Assembly: GCA_050084985.1 (NCBI GenBank)
Contig: JBITNC010000001.1
Coordinates: forward strand, 5,332,001-5,396,000
Direction of reading: 5' to 3'
Source of the DNA: Nageia nagi
Taxonomy: Eukaryota; Plantae; Pinophyta
Length of the DNA: 64,000 bases
Shown here: piece by piece, positions 26,606 to 38,671 of the stretch
Layout: every line of letters begins with the position of its first letter
Numbering within the stretch: the stretch's first letter is position 1
Translations under genes and position numbers: made by a program
Notes under the pieces: model-generated
What the model was told of the DNA's origin: nothing
Database searches by the model: none
Seen by the model: only the letters and a program-made list of their open reading frames with translations

Positions 26606-28169
26606 TATTGTAGTTAAGATCCATTAAACCCTTGAGATTTGCCTCAAACCCTTGAAGATTTATTCAAACCCTAGCTTTAAAATCTTGGAGCATCGTAGAG
26701 CATGTAATCACTATAGCAAAGTTACACAAATGAGAAAGAGAGGAGTTGACATATATACTGAATTTAACTTTAAGTTAGGTAACTAGAAAGCACCTTTTGT
26801 ATGTTTAAGTTAATAAATAGCATTTTGAATATTTTAGCCCATAATATGCTCCTTGACCATAATTAAGGCTAAATATAGATGTTCAATAATGCATTTAGGT
26901 TATTAAAAACCCTTTTAGCCATCTAGTAAAGCACTTAGATATTTTTAGCATTTTGAGTGTTTTAGAATAAATATGTATTTTTTGGGTATCTACAAAACAA
27001 TTCAAGGATTTTATATAACTTAAACCTTTGTAACACCATTCACCTTTCTCCCGTTCAATTGTAACTTTAGTTTGAAAGGAATGATATCTAAAAAATACAC
27101 ATGCAAATATAAGAATAAGCTCCTTATTTTACCAAATTACATGTAAGTTTCTCCCATTGCCACAAAAGGAGGTGTGTATGTCAAAACACGATGCTCATTC
27201 AATTATGAAAACCATCAAAATCTCTTGATGATGTTGATAAAAACTCCTCTACATTCTCCAACATTCCTTGCAAAAAATATCATAATGCTCTACTAAGGGA
27301 AGCATGTCATCCCAACTTCAAATGTGCATTTCTCTTAGTAGGATTCAAGAATGTTTTCCCAAACTTTATTACATTTCTTAATGTTATTCTTAGTGCAAGC
27401 TTGAAACCCATGGAATATCTTTTTCCAAATAAAATACTTTTATTGGATTTTTAAATGCTAACACTTCATTGTATGTTAAATAGAATGTTTTAATAAATTT
27501 CACATTTAAACCTTACATTTAATATTACATCTAATGCTCTTATTAACATTATTTAACTTTTTTTTCAAAATAAAAATATGGTAAATATAATTATTAGTAA
27601 AAAATATTTTTCTTTTGCTTCCAATAGTAAAGCCTTAAATATTATATTATTAAAATTAATTTTATATATTACCTTCTTAAGCATTAAGGTGTGTGTATAT
27701 ACATATTTTTTTCAAAAACTTATGATTGTCACCTTAACCTTTTTTTTTCTTTAGTTAGTTATACCCAAACATTAATACATAAATTAATACATCATCATAA
27801 TACTTATAAATATCAAATATGTAAGCTTTTAAGAGCATTCAAGTGAAGTTACACTAATTAGTTCCTTTTAAAAACTTAATTATATGTTTAATTAGGATTA
27901 GTCCAAGGTAGAGGGATACTCATAAAATTTACGTCATGGTGCTCAACTTATTGGATTCCATTTGAAATATCTTCCTTATTGAGAATTCCATGCTTACAGT
28001 TAATCTTTCAAAATCCTCTCAATCTCTAGGAACCTAAAAAGTTATAAGAAAGGAACCAAAATTTGTACAACAATAGTATCATATTTAAATTAGAGAATGT
28101 GAAAAGGCTATATCATTCATTCTAGCAGCATCAAAAATATAAACATTACATTGATTTCAACATGGTTCA

Positions 28170-28640
28170 AATATCTTAGTAAACTTCACAATGATCAAAT
28201 GTACATTTAATGTCATCATTACAAAATTTAATCAAATGTTTAATCTTCTTGGTCCTAGCAATTTGGGTCATGATAATTAATTTCCTCAAAAGTTTTGAGT
28301 TTGATGATAACTTGCTTATAAAGACTATAACTACAAATCTTAATTCAAAAGGTATTTCAAAATCAGCCATATGCTTTAAAAGTTTATCAATAGAAGTTAT
28401 ATCAAAAAAAAAATTTGAAATTCACAAAGCAAGTAAATAAATCTTCTTTATCATTTCAATAGTTTTCAACAATAATTTGAAATGCAAGCATGTGATCAAT
28501 TGTTGAATATTTATTTTTAAAATCAATTTGACTTTTAGCTCTTAATTAGTTACCATCAAACCAATTAGTAATTTTCTTTTCTATAATACTGCCATGAGAA
28601 ACACACAAAATTGGATGGAAGATTTTTATGAGCTTTGCTT
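28170..28640 (-). mobile_element. RTE-like LINE RT fragment
   Basis: Minus-strand DHMLAFQ..ENY*NDKEDLFTCFVNF...ADFEIPFELR. Confidence 0.65.
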
Positions 28641-30199
28641 TGATAAAAATCATCTTTATTTAGTGGTTAAATCTTGAGCTTTTTTATCTAAGTGATCGAA
28701 AATTTGTAGAATAATAATATATAAATAAAATCTTTTTTTTTTTGTGATATAAAGAAGCATAAAATTGAAAATGATGTGATAGACCCTCTTAAAAATACAT
28801 TGAGTCTACACAAATACTATACTTATTTCCTAGTATGCCATAACATTATGATAAATTTAAGAAATATTTTAATGATCTTCACAAAGTTATTATTACCTAT
28901 TGTGACTTTTGTTACTTGTAAACAATAATATAAATGAATAATTTATGTGTGCAAAATGCTTTATTTTGTTGATAAGTATAATAAAAATAAAGAATATTTT
29001 TTTATTATTATATTAATTCTTAATCATTATTTCATATACTTTGTATTCAAACCAGATTTTTTTTTGTTGGTATAAGAAAATTAAATTATAAATCTTCTCT
29101 CTATAAAAATCAATGATTGATTAAGAAATTAAAATCTTATTATAAAAATTAATAATATTTTATTAAACTATTTAATAAAAACACCATTAAGAAGTTAACA
29201 ATCGAAATTAACAAAAACTACATTTTAAGTGTCTAACATTCTTTTCCAACCACCCTTTTTGTATAATAAATAAATTTGCAACTATTTTTTAATAATCTTA
29301 TATCATAAAAGATTACACATAATAATATAAATTTCCACAAAATGACACATTAATAAACTATAGCAAGATTATTTTACTTTTTTTATATACTTACGAATAG
29401 TTATGTTATTATAAATTATATAAATTTGATGGTGCTGGAATCTATTCCTCATTATTTCTCCTTGTCTTTTCTCGGAGGGAATCCTTGGTATTGGACCCTC
29501 TAAATACATGTTTCCTTTTGTCTTCCAAACAATGACTTTTATTCATGTCGTGTATGGCAAGAAATTTATTGATTCCTTAATTAATTATCACGACACATTT
29601 AAAATAAATAAATAAATGTTGCTTGCTAAAGTGATATATCACATTTTGAGAAATTTGAAGTAACAATTAATTATTTTCGTTCCTCATCTATGTATATTCC
29701 TATTTGCTTTTTGAAGTGAAAATGTCTTATGATTAGAGAAGGTGTAAAAAGCTGTGAGTTGAAGAAAACCCCTTTGAGTAATATTTTTTAATTGGTAATA
29801 ATTATTTATATAAATAAAATTAGTTTAAATGTAATTAAAATATATTTATAAATATAATGTATATATAATAAAATATTTTAATATTAAAATATTAGTAATT
29901 ACAAGTCTAATAAATTAATATATAATATATTTATTCATAAAAATAGAAAAAAAATTACAATATTGAGAAAATATGGATAGAACTTAAGACTATTAAATTT
30001 AAGTTAAGTGGGTTGTCTAAATAGGGATCAACCTAAGTTATAATAAAACTTTAAGTATAGATCTTATGGAGGAGCATCATTTATATGGATTAAGTATACA
30101 AACAAGGAATTGTAAGTTCCTATATGTAGATTAATTCATGAGGTTAGTTTAGAGAAACTTGCATAAAGGATAATGATATGATATTTTATATTTTTTACC

Positions 30200-32050
30200 A
30201 TCCTTTTTAAACCCAAATGTTTGTAGGACCTATCAAAATTTATCTAGACAAGAAAAGAAAATATATTGATTAAGTATTTGAATGATTATTTCTCATATAA
30301 TTAAGTTGTATTAAAAATCATCAAGCTTATTTTGATTATCTTAGTTCAAGAATTTGCAGATTAAGTTGTAATAGAAAATAATTGTGTAGTTTTCTCTTAT
30401 GTCTTTATGAGTGGGCAAAAAAAAGAGAAAACGAGTCTCATCTTTTATGGCATTTAGGTTATAAAATTTACAAATTTTTTTATCCCAAGGTGTTGTTGGT
30501 ATTGTCCATCTACCAATTTCACTATGGAGTTAATGTGAAATAGTTCTTAATTTTGCAATCGTAAGTTTCTTTTTGAAATTAATAATCTTATGTGGATATG
30601 AAAGATGTTCAAGTTTAAGATTAATGATATTTTATAGTAAGAATGTTTTCTTTTATCTTTGATGTTGTCATCATTCAAACAAATTGAATTACTTTATTTG
30701 TAATTTGCATTTCTAATTTATTACTATGATAGTGGGTTATGTTATGTAAGCCCCAAAAATCATTCCATTTATCAAAGTTTTTTAGCCATCCTCTTTTAAG
30801 TTGTTGATGAGTTGGGAAAGTTTGTTTGACGAATACAGGTAATATAAGGTGATCTAGCTTTCAAAGCTTAAAATTATATAATATATATCATTTTAAGGTC
30901 TCATTTTCAATGGGAAGTAACTTGACTTCCATTAGAAGTATAGGATATGGTGTGTTATTCTTAATTTTAAAATTACAAAGGATAAATTGTTTTTGAATTT
31001 GCTCAAACTTTTCCCAAATTTACCAGGAAATACTTCCACCCAAACTTCTTAGCCATCAAATAATACTGAAGTTATAAGGCAGGAGAAATAAGTTTTTTTA
31101 TCCCATTTTGAAAGTCTTACACCCTTACACTTATTTTCCAAGTCATATGTGGCTTTCCACTTTGCAAACATTATTTTTTTCAACACTTACGTTCCAATTT
31201 ATTTTATGATTTATGTCCATACCTAAGTATTTGTAAGAGTGAACCATCTCTAAAGGTTGATTATTAAAGATGATTATAGGGTGGGCTATCTTTTTAGATT
31301 TGATTATCATTAATTTGGTTTTATCTACAATAATTATTAATCAAGATAAATTGCAAAATTTTAAAAGGATATTTAATTGTTTAACAAGATCATCATGATG
31401 CCTAGCTAACAAGATAATATCATTTCCATAAAGGAGAAGAACAATAACGAGGTTATGAAGGTTGGTACCTATACATCCAACTTCTTTGAAAAAATATCTA
31501 ATTGATTTGTGTAAATGCCAAATACAATAGAGGAAAGTGGGTAACCTTATTTAAACCTATTGTTGTAATTAATTTCCTTAGACCATCCTTGATTAGTTTT
31601 AAGTTTAGCAATAACTTGTTCATAAGTTCTATAAATAATCAATTTTAGTTCAGGAGGTGAATCTAAATTAGTAATATGCTTAGAAAATTTATCCCTGGTG
31701 ATAGTATCGAATGCTTTTTTTAAAATCTAAAAAGCATGTAAATAAATCTTCTCTATCATTTCGATAGTTTTCAACAAGTAAATTGATACATTGTTGAATA
31801 TTTTTAATAAGCAAAGCATGATAACTAATCACCATAATGAGAGAGTTTATGTTCAATAATAAGATGTACAATTATTAGACAACATTAAACCATCAATATA
31901 GTCAAGTGTTGAATAACAAACTAAGAGGAGTGATACCAATGATATATCTTTAGGTGAATAGTTATGTATCGATTTCATCAAAGAAAATTCAACCTAATAT
32001 TGACATGGTCTATATTTTAGCTAAAATTAAGGACCTACTATTTAATAAAA
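30200..32050 (-). mobile_element. Decayed RTE-like LINE (RT and C-terminal region)
   Basis: ENYRNDREDLFTCFLDFKK (ORF 31689-31871), decayed GVKQGCPLSP.LFG.Y at ~31500-31570, SYKYLG at ~31220-31240; similar to 11130-12100. Confidence 0.75.
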
Positions 32051-34374
32051 TAAATATATTGTGATATCTTTAGGGTGTAACACCTAGGAGTTAAGAGTCT
32101 AAGAGGGTCTTGATGTCTATTGGTAGCAAGAACTAAATGATTGGGATGTCATCTTCTTGCAATAGGGAAGAATTATAAGAGGTATTGATACATAAAAATA
32201 AGTTTCCTATGATAATTCTTATCTTATCAAATTTAGATTTCTTACAAAAGACTTTCAAGTGCTTGTTATAACAAAATTAAGGAGAAAAAAGTATGAGAGA
32301 AAATCATCACCATAAAATGAGATTCCAATATACCATAGGAAAACCCATATCGAGAAGAAAATCCCAACAAAGGAGTATCTTATTATCATGTTATGAATAT
32401 GAAGATTAATCTTATCCTCCAAAGGACCTCTAAAATAACATCCAAAATGATTAGTAACTTTGCTCTTAAGACCATGATGGAAGTCTTACAAACTCTTGTC
32501 AAGACCACTTTGCAAATTTTTAAGATTTCTCTCTCCTATCACACTAAGTCACTCCTTAAAAACATTCATTATCTTCTCTTGAGAATAATGAAGAAATAAA
32601 ATATATAGAACATTTTTTATACACATGTTCATGAAAATTGTACCATACTCCTTGTATTAGCATGGTTACAATCTTCATAAATTACTCTCTACACTCGCAC
32701 TACATGACAATATCTCTCATGCACTTACATTACATGGCAATGTCTCTCATGCACCTTAGTATGGCTAACAACATCTCACTTCAATACTAGAGTGACAAAA
32801 CTCTATCTCATAAACAGAAACCTCCATAAAGACTTACATAACTACATATATATATATAGAATGAATCCCTCTTAAAATTATACTCCATGAAATTTCTACG
32901 TTATGAAACACGCTTTCAATCTCACCTTCTTAACCTCTTTTTATATAATTCTTAAAAGCTAACCATACTGCCCAATATATAATTAAATGAAATTATTTAA
33001 AAAATAAAACATAAAAAACCCATACTCAATTAACATTTAATTTTCTACTTAATTTTATAGTAAATAATACGAGATATAATATTTAAGAAAAAATTACATG
33101 AAACTATAATAAATCACTTATATCATTTGATGTAATGCAACAAACCGCAACCACCACCACCATCTTAAAAATAAATAAAACTAGCTTTTGCAACATTGTG
33201 TAATGGGTACATTGTAGATTAATAATTATGCTCTCTGATTTTAAGTGTTATTTTTTTAAGATATAACATAATCAAAACATTTAATTAATATGTATTTAAT
33301 TAATAAATAAATAAGTTTCTAACAAGTCGTTCAAATATTCAATTATTTTCTAATAGGAAAATAAAAATTAGGTACCTTGAAAGCGACCGAGTTGAAATCT
33401 TTGTCTTGCACATCATTTTCTCTTCCCCCAACTTGATCTCTTCATCCTCAATAATTTCCCCCTCCTCTTCATCTGCAAAAACCCTTATGGTAGGACAGCA
33501 TGAGAGGTTGTTGTTCCACCATACTTGCCAGCTTTCTCGAGTCGTGGAGTAATCCAATGATAGCATTATCTCTAAAATGCATACAACCAACATTAGATTC
33601 TAAGATATCTTAAAAAATAAGAAAATAGAAACTAGAAAAGAAAACTATTAAGAGCATGAGGTACCCTTGTTAGTAGTATTCTACTCTTCTATAGGCAATT
33701 TAGCAAGTAAATAGAAAGAGAGATGGAAGTTGAGATTATAAATGGTAAGAGGAAAGTTAAATAATCAATGTAGAAGCGATGTGACACAACGATTAATATT
33801 TTGATGGTGATGGCTAAAGGAGCACCCTTCTAGTAAGGGTATTTTTTACACCTCATTGATTTTACTATCAGTGTACAAGTGGAAGCCATCACATTATTTT
33901 GTAACTTAATTATTGAGGAAAGCTATGTAGTATCTCATCCAATTTGCACTTGATGCATTCTAAGATTCTAATGCCCAAAAAGTGACTAATAGTAGTATTG
34001 ATCATGGTTTGAAATTAACAAACCTAGATTGCATGCAAGAATTTTGAATTGCTCACTCCCTTAATTAATCCTAATAAATCCAAGACCAAAGTACACGTTA
34101 GAGTTCTTCTACTCTCTTTATGTCAAAGTACCTTGTTACTTGTAAGCCCACTAAAATAATCTATTATTCGATTAATGTTCTTTGTTTACTTCAAATATTT
34201 CTCCTTTTATTTTTACAATTCATGTGCTTCCTTCTCCAACTCTTTACTCTATAATAGCAGACAATTCCTAGATAATGACATCAATAATCAACAATATTGT
34301 ATATTCGTACCAATATTTAATAACAACACTTTAAAAAAAAATGAAATGATGAAATCGATTTGCATTAATTTTCA

Positions 34375-35430
34375 TCACCAATAATCCCCATAAGAATATT
34401 CATCATGTTTGAAATGAAAAAATTAATTCACATCCCTTGTAGCAATGTTCCTTGCAATATTCCTAGAGATAAACTTGGTTACAAAACTGTAGTCATCGCA
34501 TAGTTGAAGGTTCTTCACAACATTAGTAATGTTTCCAACATAGTCTTTAATAACTTGAACGCAATTGCCAACTTTTCTAAGCAATTCTTTATCTTTAGCT
34601 TCCATATCATTCAATGCAGGTATTGTATTTGGAAATATAATCTTCTACCTTCATCTTACTTGATAGTTTCTTGAAATCATCATAGATCTCATGTGTTCAA
34701 TCTATATCCTATAACAAAAGCGCGAATACTCTATCAACTTTAATCTAAATACATCCAATCTAATCTTCTTATTTCCTCTATCTTTCATTAATGTCCTTAC
34801 TTAGAACATCATCCTTGTTACCCACTTTGGCATAAATATTTGAAAGGAGAACATATGATGGAGTATATTTAGTCTCCAATAAAAATAATTGTTTCCATAT
34901 AATCCCTCCTCCTACATTCATAAGTGGTATACACATACCAAGTAGACTTTGTTGCATAGCCAATTTGGTGCACCTACATAATGAAAGGCGATCAAGAACA
35001 CATGTATAATATTCTACCCAGGAATAATTACAATAAGATTTGCTACAACACCCATCTACTAGTCCTACTCAGCTATTTGCAATTAGAACACGTAAACATG
35101 TTATGTTATTTGCATGACTATTTGCAACCACTCTTTAAGGGATTTCTACACCTTCTAGAATTCCCATCAATGCGCATGTTGGAAGGATATGACAAAGGTT
35201 GTAGGGTTGGGCTTTACTCTTGAAAATTGTACCTACCTAAAAGTCTCTCATGTTATTCATATTTTATGATCGCTATGCATCATGAGGTTGTGACTATTGC
35301 ATGCATCTCGTTAAATAACTTACATGCATTCTTTATGTTTCATATTTTGTGTACATGTCTACTAGTGTATTCACATTACAACATGTAATCCGATTTTAAA
35401 GATACTTTGGAGTGGGTTTTGATGGTGCTG
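34375..35430 (-). pseudogene. PLS-class PPR protein with E/E+ and DYW domains, pseudogenised
   Basis: NTLVDMY..Y..KNACKLF repeats, SLLGMC...YVLLSNIYA E-motif, VVKNLQLCDDY..TKFISR..RNIATRDVN*FFHFKHDEYSYGDYW* ending at 34375; stops, frameshifts and Cys>Tyr changes; 5' limit approximate. Confidence 0.88.
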
Positions 35431-37333
35431 GGAAAGGTGGATAGGATATTATCCAACAAACCAAGCGTAATGACAACTATCCATGTTGTTGGCAAAGTAG
35501 CCATCCTTAGCCCCCGCATAAAGCTAACAGACACATGGCATAATAAATCAATGCTCCAAAGAATTTGCATCATCAGACATGGTCCAAAATTCAACATTAT
35601 GCATTCTCCCTCTCCAAAGAAAATGCCTACAATGTAAATATAAGTCTCCCAAGTAAGTAAACAACTATCGTTATCAAACATAATTGATTTATATTCCAAA
35701 AGAATGCTTACACATATACGAAGGAAGCCTAAACATATACCTTGTGTATAGAAAATCAAACATTAGTATACTAAAATTAATTTAACAACTTATGTGCATA
35801 CAAAAAATATGAAAAAGTTAAAAATAAAAAGTATGAGACAAGTAATATAGAGTTATATTGAAGAAATCTTACGAAAAATATTTATTGAATACGAAACATG
35901 GAAAATGTAATCCAATGCATGCAAATACTTTTGAATTAAACACTTGTATACTTTGATTTTGTGTGATAAAAAAATAACCATTTCTTTTTAGCACAAAAAT
36001 ACTATGTCTACAACTCGTAAGAAACTTATGGGTAAGTAACTAGCACCAAGCTAAAGGAAAATATGAATACATCATGGCAAGAAGAGCAAGAGGAGAGACT
36101 ATGGTATCAACATTTAAGAAGGTTGATGAGGAAATATGGAATAAGTACAAACCAATATTTTCCCTTACCTCTCTCAGTTTGAAAATTTGAGGTCAATATT
36201 CATAACATTGGCAAGTTCTTTACTCCTACTTTTATCTAGCTAGTGGTTCCATCATATTTCAATTAGGGAGTTATATCTGTAGAATATTGGTCACTGTATT
36301 TTAGTAAGAATAACTCTGTAAGGTAGAGAAAAGGGTGTTGAAGATATATGGCCACACTAAAGTAGCTACTCATCTCAAAGTTGGAATGTTAGATTAATCA
36401 CCTAGGAATATACATCATCTGCTTACCAAGAAGAATACAATTTGTATTGACTTGAAATCATTCCATTCCCAAACCATACATTGAATTCTTACTTATGTGG
36501 TCCTTAAATAAATGATATTGATGGGTTGCAATAGTATTTGTAGCAGATAAGAAGAGAATGGAAGACCCACAATGTTGGTGGTCTAGGATTTGAGCTTGGT
36601 GGAGGTCACATGGACACCAACCCCCTCTTCCATAGATTATGATGTGCACTCTTTGCATTGGGAGATGCTAGGAAGAGCCCCCTCCCAAGTGCAATGAAAG
36701 TGCCCTTCCTAGGCCATCGACCTTGCTAATCACCTATTGACCCTTCCTAGGTAAGTATACTTTCATGCTTTGCCTCCCCTCCCATTTATCCTCTCTCCTC
36801 TTTCCCTCTCCCTTAGCATTCCTACGTGTGGGATCATCATGCAACCTTATGTTCAATGTAAGCATGCACAAATAATTTGTAGCTACCCAGTGAATTCTTC
36901 AATGGTGCACCCCATTTAAGATCATATTGAGTTTATCATATAATAGCTTTAACAAAATTCACACTGCATTGCGTCTTATACTATAAGTTGCCCTAAATAT
37001 TCTTAACTAAACCATGAAACTTTATAGATGGATGAAATACAAAAATCATTTTTGTATCTCATTTTATCATAGTGTATTATGTTAATTGGCTCGATTTCAT
37101 TTATTAATCAATTTAAATAGTAAATACCATACATTCCTTTTATAATATAGAAATAAAACCTTCATTGTATTATAATATATATATATATATTGTAATAATT
37201 TAAATAAATAATAAAAAATAAAATATTATACATCTTTTTAATTATATTTACAAAATCTTATATATGATTTAGATGTCAACAAAATTGTCATTATATATAT
37301 ATATATATATAATATATATATATATGGAGGATA

Positions 37334-37841
37334 TGAAGGATTTGAACTATAACTAAACAAATCCTCTAGGACCTTAGACTAGGAAACTCAAGTGTACACA
37401 AGATAACACTTCTATAATTCTAAGAACATCATTCACACAATATGACACCAATATAATGTGGTTCCTCCCTCCTTGGGAGTACATCCACAACTAGTTCTCT
37501 TATTCTCAAATCTATGTCTCTCTTACAACTATTCTCTAGCTCTCTCCTACACAACCAAGTAGAGTAATCTTACTCAAAACTTAGATATGTTTACATGAGG
37601 AGAGGCCCTCTATTTATAGGTTGAGAGCACCTCCCTAACCTTCCTTTAACCCAAGGGTAAGGTTAGGGTTACATTAAATGTACCACCAAACTTCAACCTA
37701 CCAACTAACTCCTTTGGTAAAGTCAAAGTCTATACATTAAAGAATTCTATTAATCATTTAAGGTATCTACATACCCTTAAGTGATTAATTGAATTTACAA
37801 GGAGTCTAGATATTCACAATATTTCATTACAAATTCTAACA
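37334..37841 (-). repeat. 3' LTR (508 bp)
   Basis: TGAAGG...CTAACA, direct repeat of 44338-44845. Confidence 0.97.
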
Positions 37842-37850
37842 CTCCCCCTT
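37842..37850 (-). other. Polypurine tract
   Basis: Minus strand AAGGGGGAG abutting the 3' LTR TG. Confidence 0.93.
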
Positions 37851-38333
37851 AATGCAATATTGGGATAGAGCGTAGAAGAGAGAAGAGAGAGAGTAAGAGA
37901 GAGTTCTCCTCCATAGAGATACAAGTGGAGATAAGAACTTTTACATATTTTTGAGAATCTTTTTTTTGAGAACTAGTATGAGACTCACTACATTACCATT
38001 TGACAAAAATGGTTTACAATACAATCATTAACCACAACTGGTTTCACTGTACATAGTAGTCGATCAACTTTAAGCTGACATGTGAGTCTCCATGAGCTTG
38101 CTTTCACAAGGTGAGTAACCTGCATTTCTAAAGAAGATCCTGCATGCTACAAGCAACTCATGAACAAAATCAGTTAGATGCATCATATATTCAAATAAGA
38201 GAATTAAATAATGCCATCTTATAAATAACTGATCAATGGTGTACTATAAGCCATCACAGAGATGCCAAGCCATTACTCATAGTCACCTGTTGTATATAGA
38301 CATGTGTTGATTTTTAAAAATAGAGCATAAAAT

Positions 38334-38636
38334 TGTACAACGAGTTTCTCACGCAGAGCAAACTCACCACGGAGGTATAGAATGTACAACAAGTTCGTCA
38401 CGCAGAGCGAACTTACCACGGAGGTATATTAAATTATATGCTCAAAAATTGTACAACGAGTTTCTCACGCAGAGCAAACTCACCACGGAGGTATAGAGCA
38501 TAAAAATTGTACAACGAGTTTCTCACGCAGAGCAAACTCACCACGGAGGTATAAAATAATCAACACTCTATAACAACAATTGTACAACAAGTTTGTCACG
38601 CAGAGCAAACTTACCACGGAGGTCTAGAATGTACAA
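38334..38636. repeat. Array of five 46-bp hairpin units plus a partial sixth, with variable spacers
   Basis: Units at 38334, 38383, 38450, 38508 and 38581; consensus TGTACAAC RAGTTYSTC ACGCA GAGCRAACTY ACCACGGAGGTATA; spacers of 3, 21, 12, 27 and 3 nt. Confidence 0.95.
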
Positions 38637-38671
38637 TCAAAAAAGGCCTCTTAGAGGTGAAGTTGTCATCA

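Noticed and set aside
38334-38636. CRISPR array or integron attC cassette array
   Set aside because: Eukaryotic retrotransposon context, no cas or integron integrase; spacers are 3-27 nt, partly repeated and complementary to each other; no proper RYYYAAC/GTTRRRY ends
38334-38636. Hammerhead ribozyme / retrozyme
   Set aside because: No CUGANGA...GAAA...UH three-way junction on either strand; CUGCGUGA-GAAA is only superficially similar
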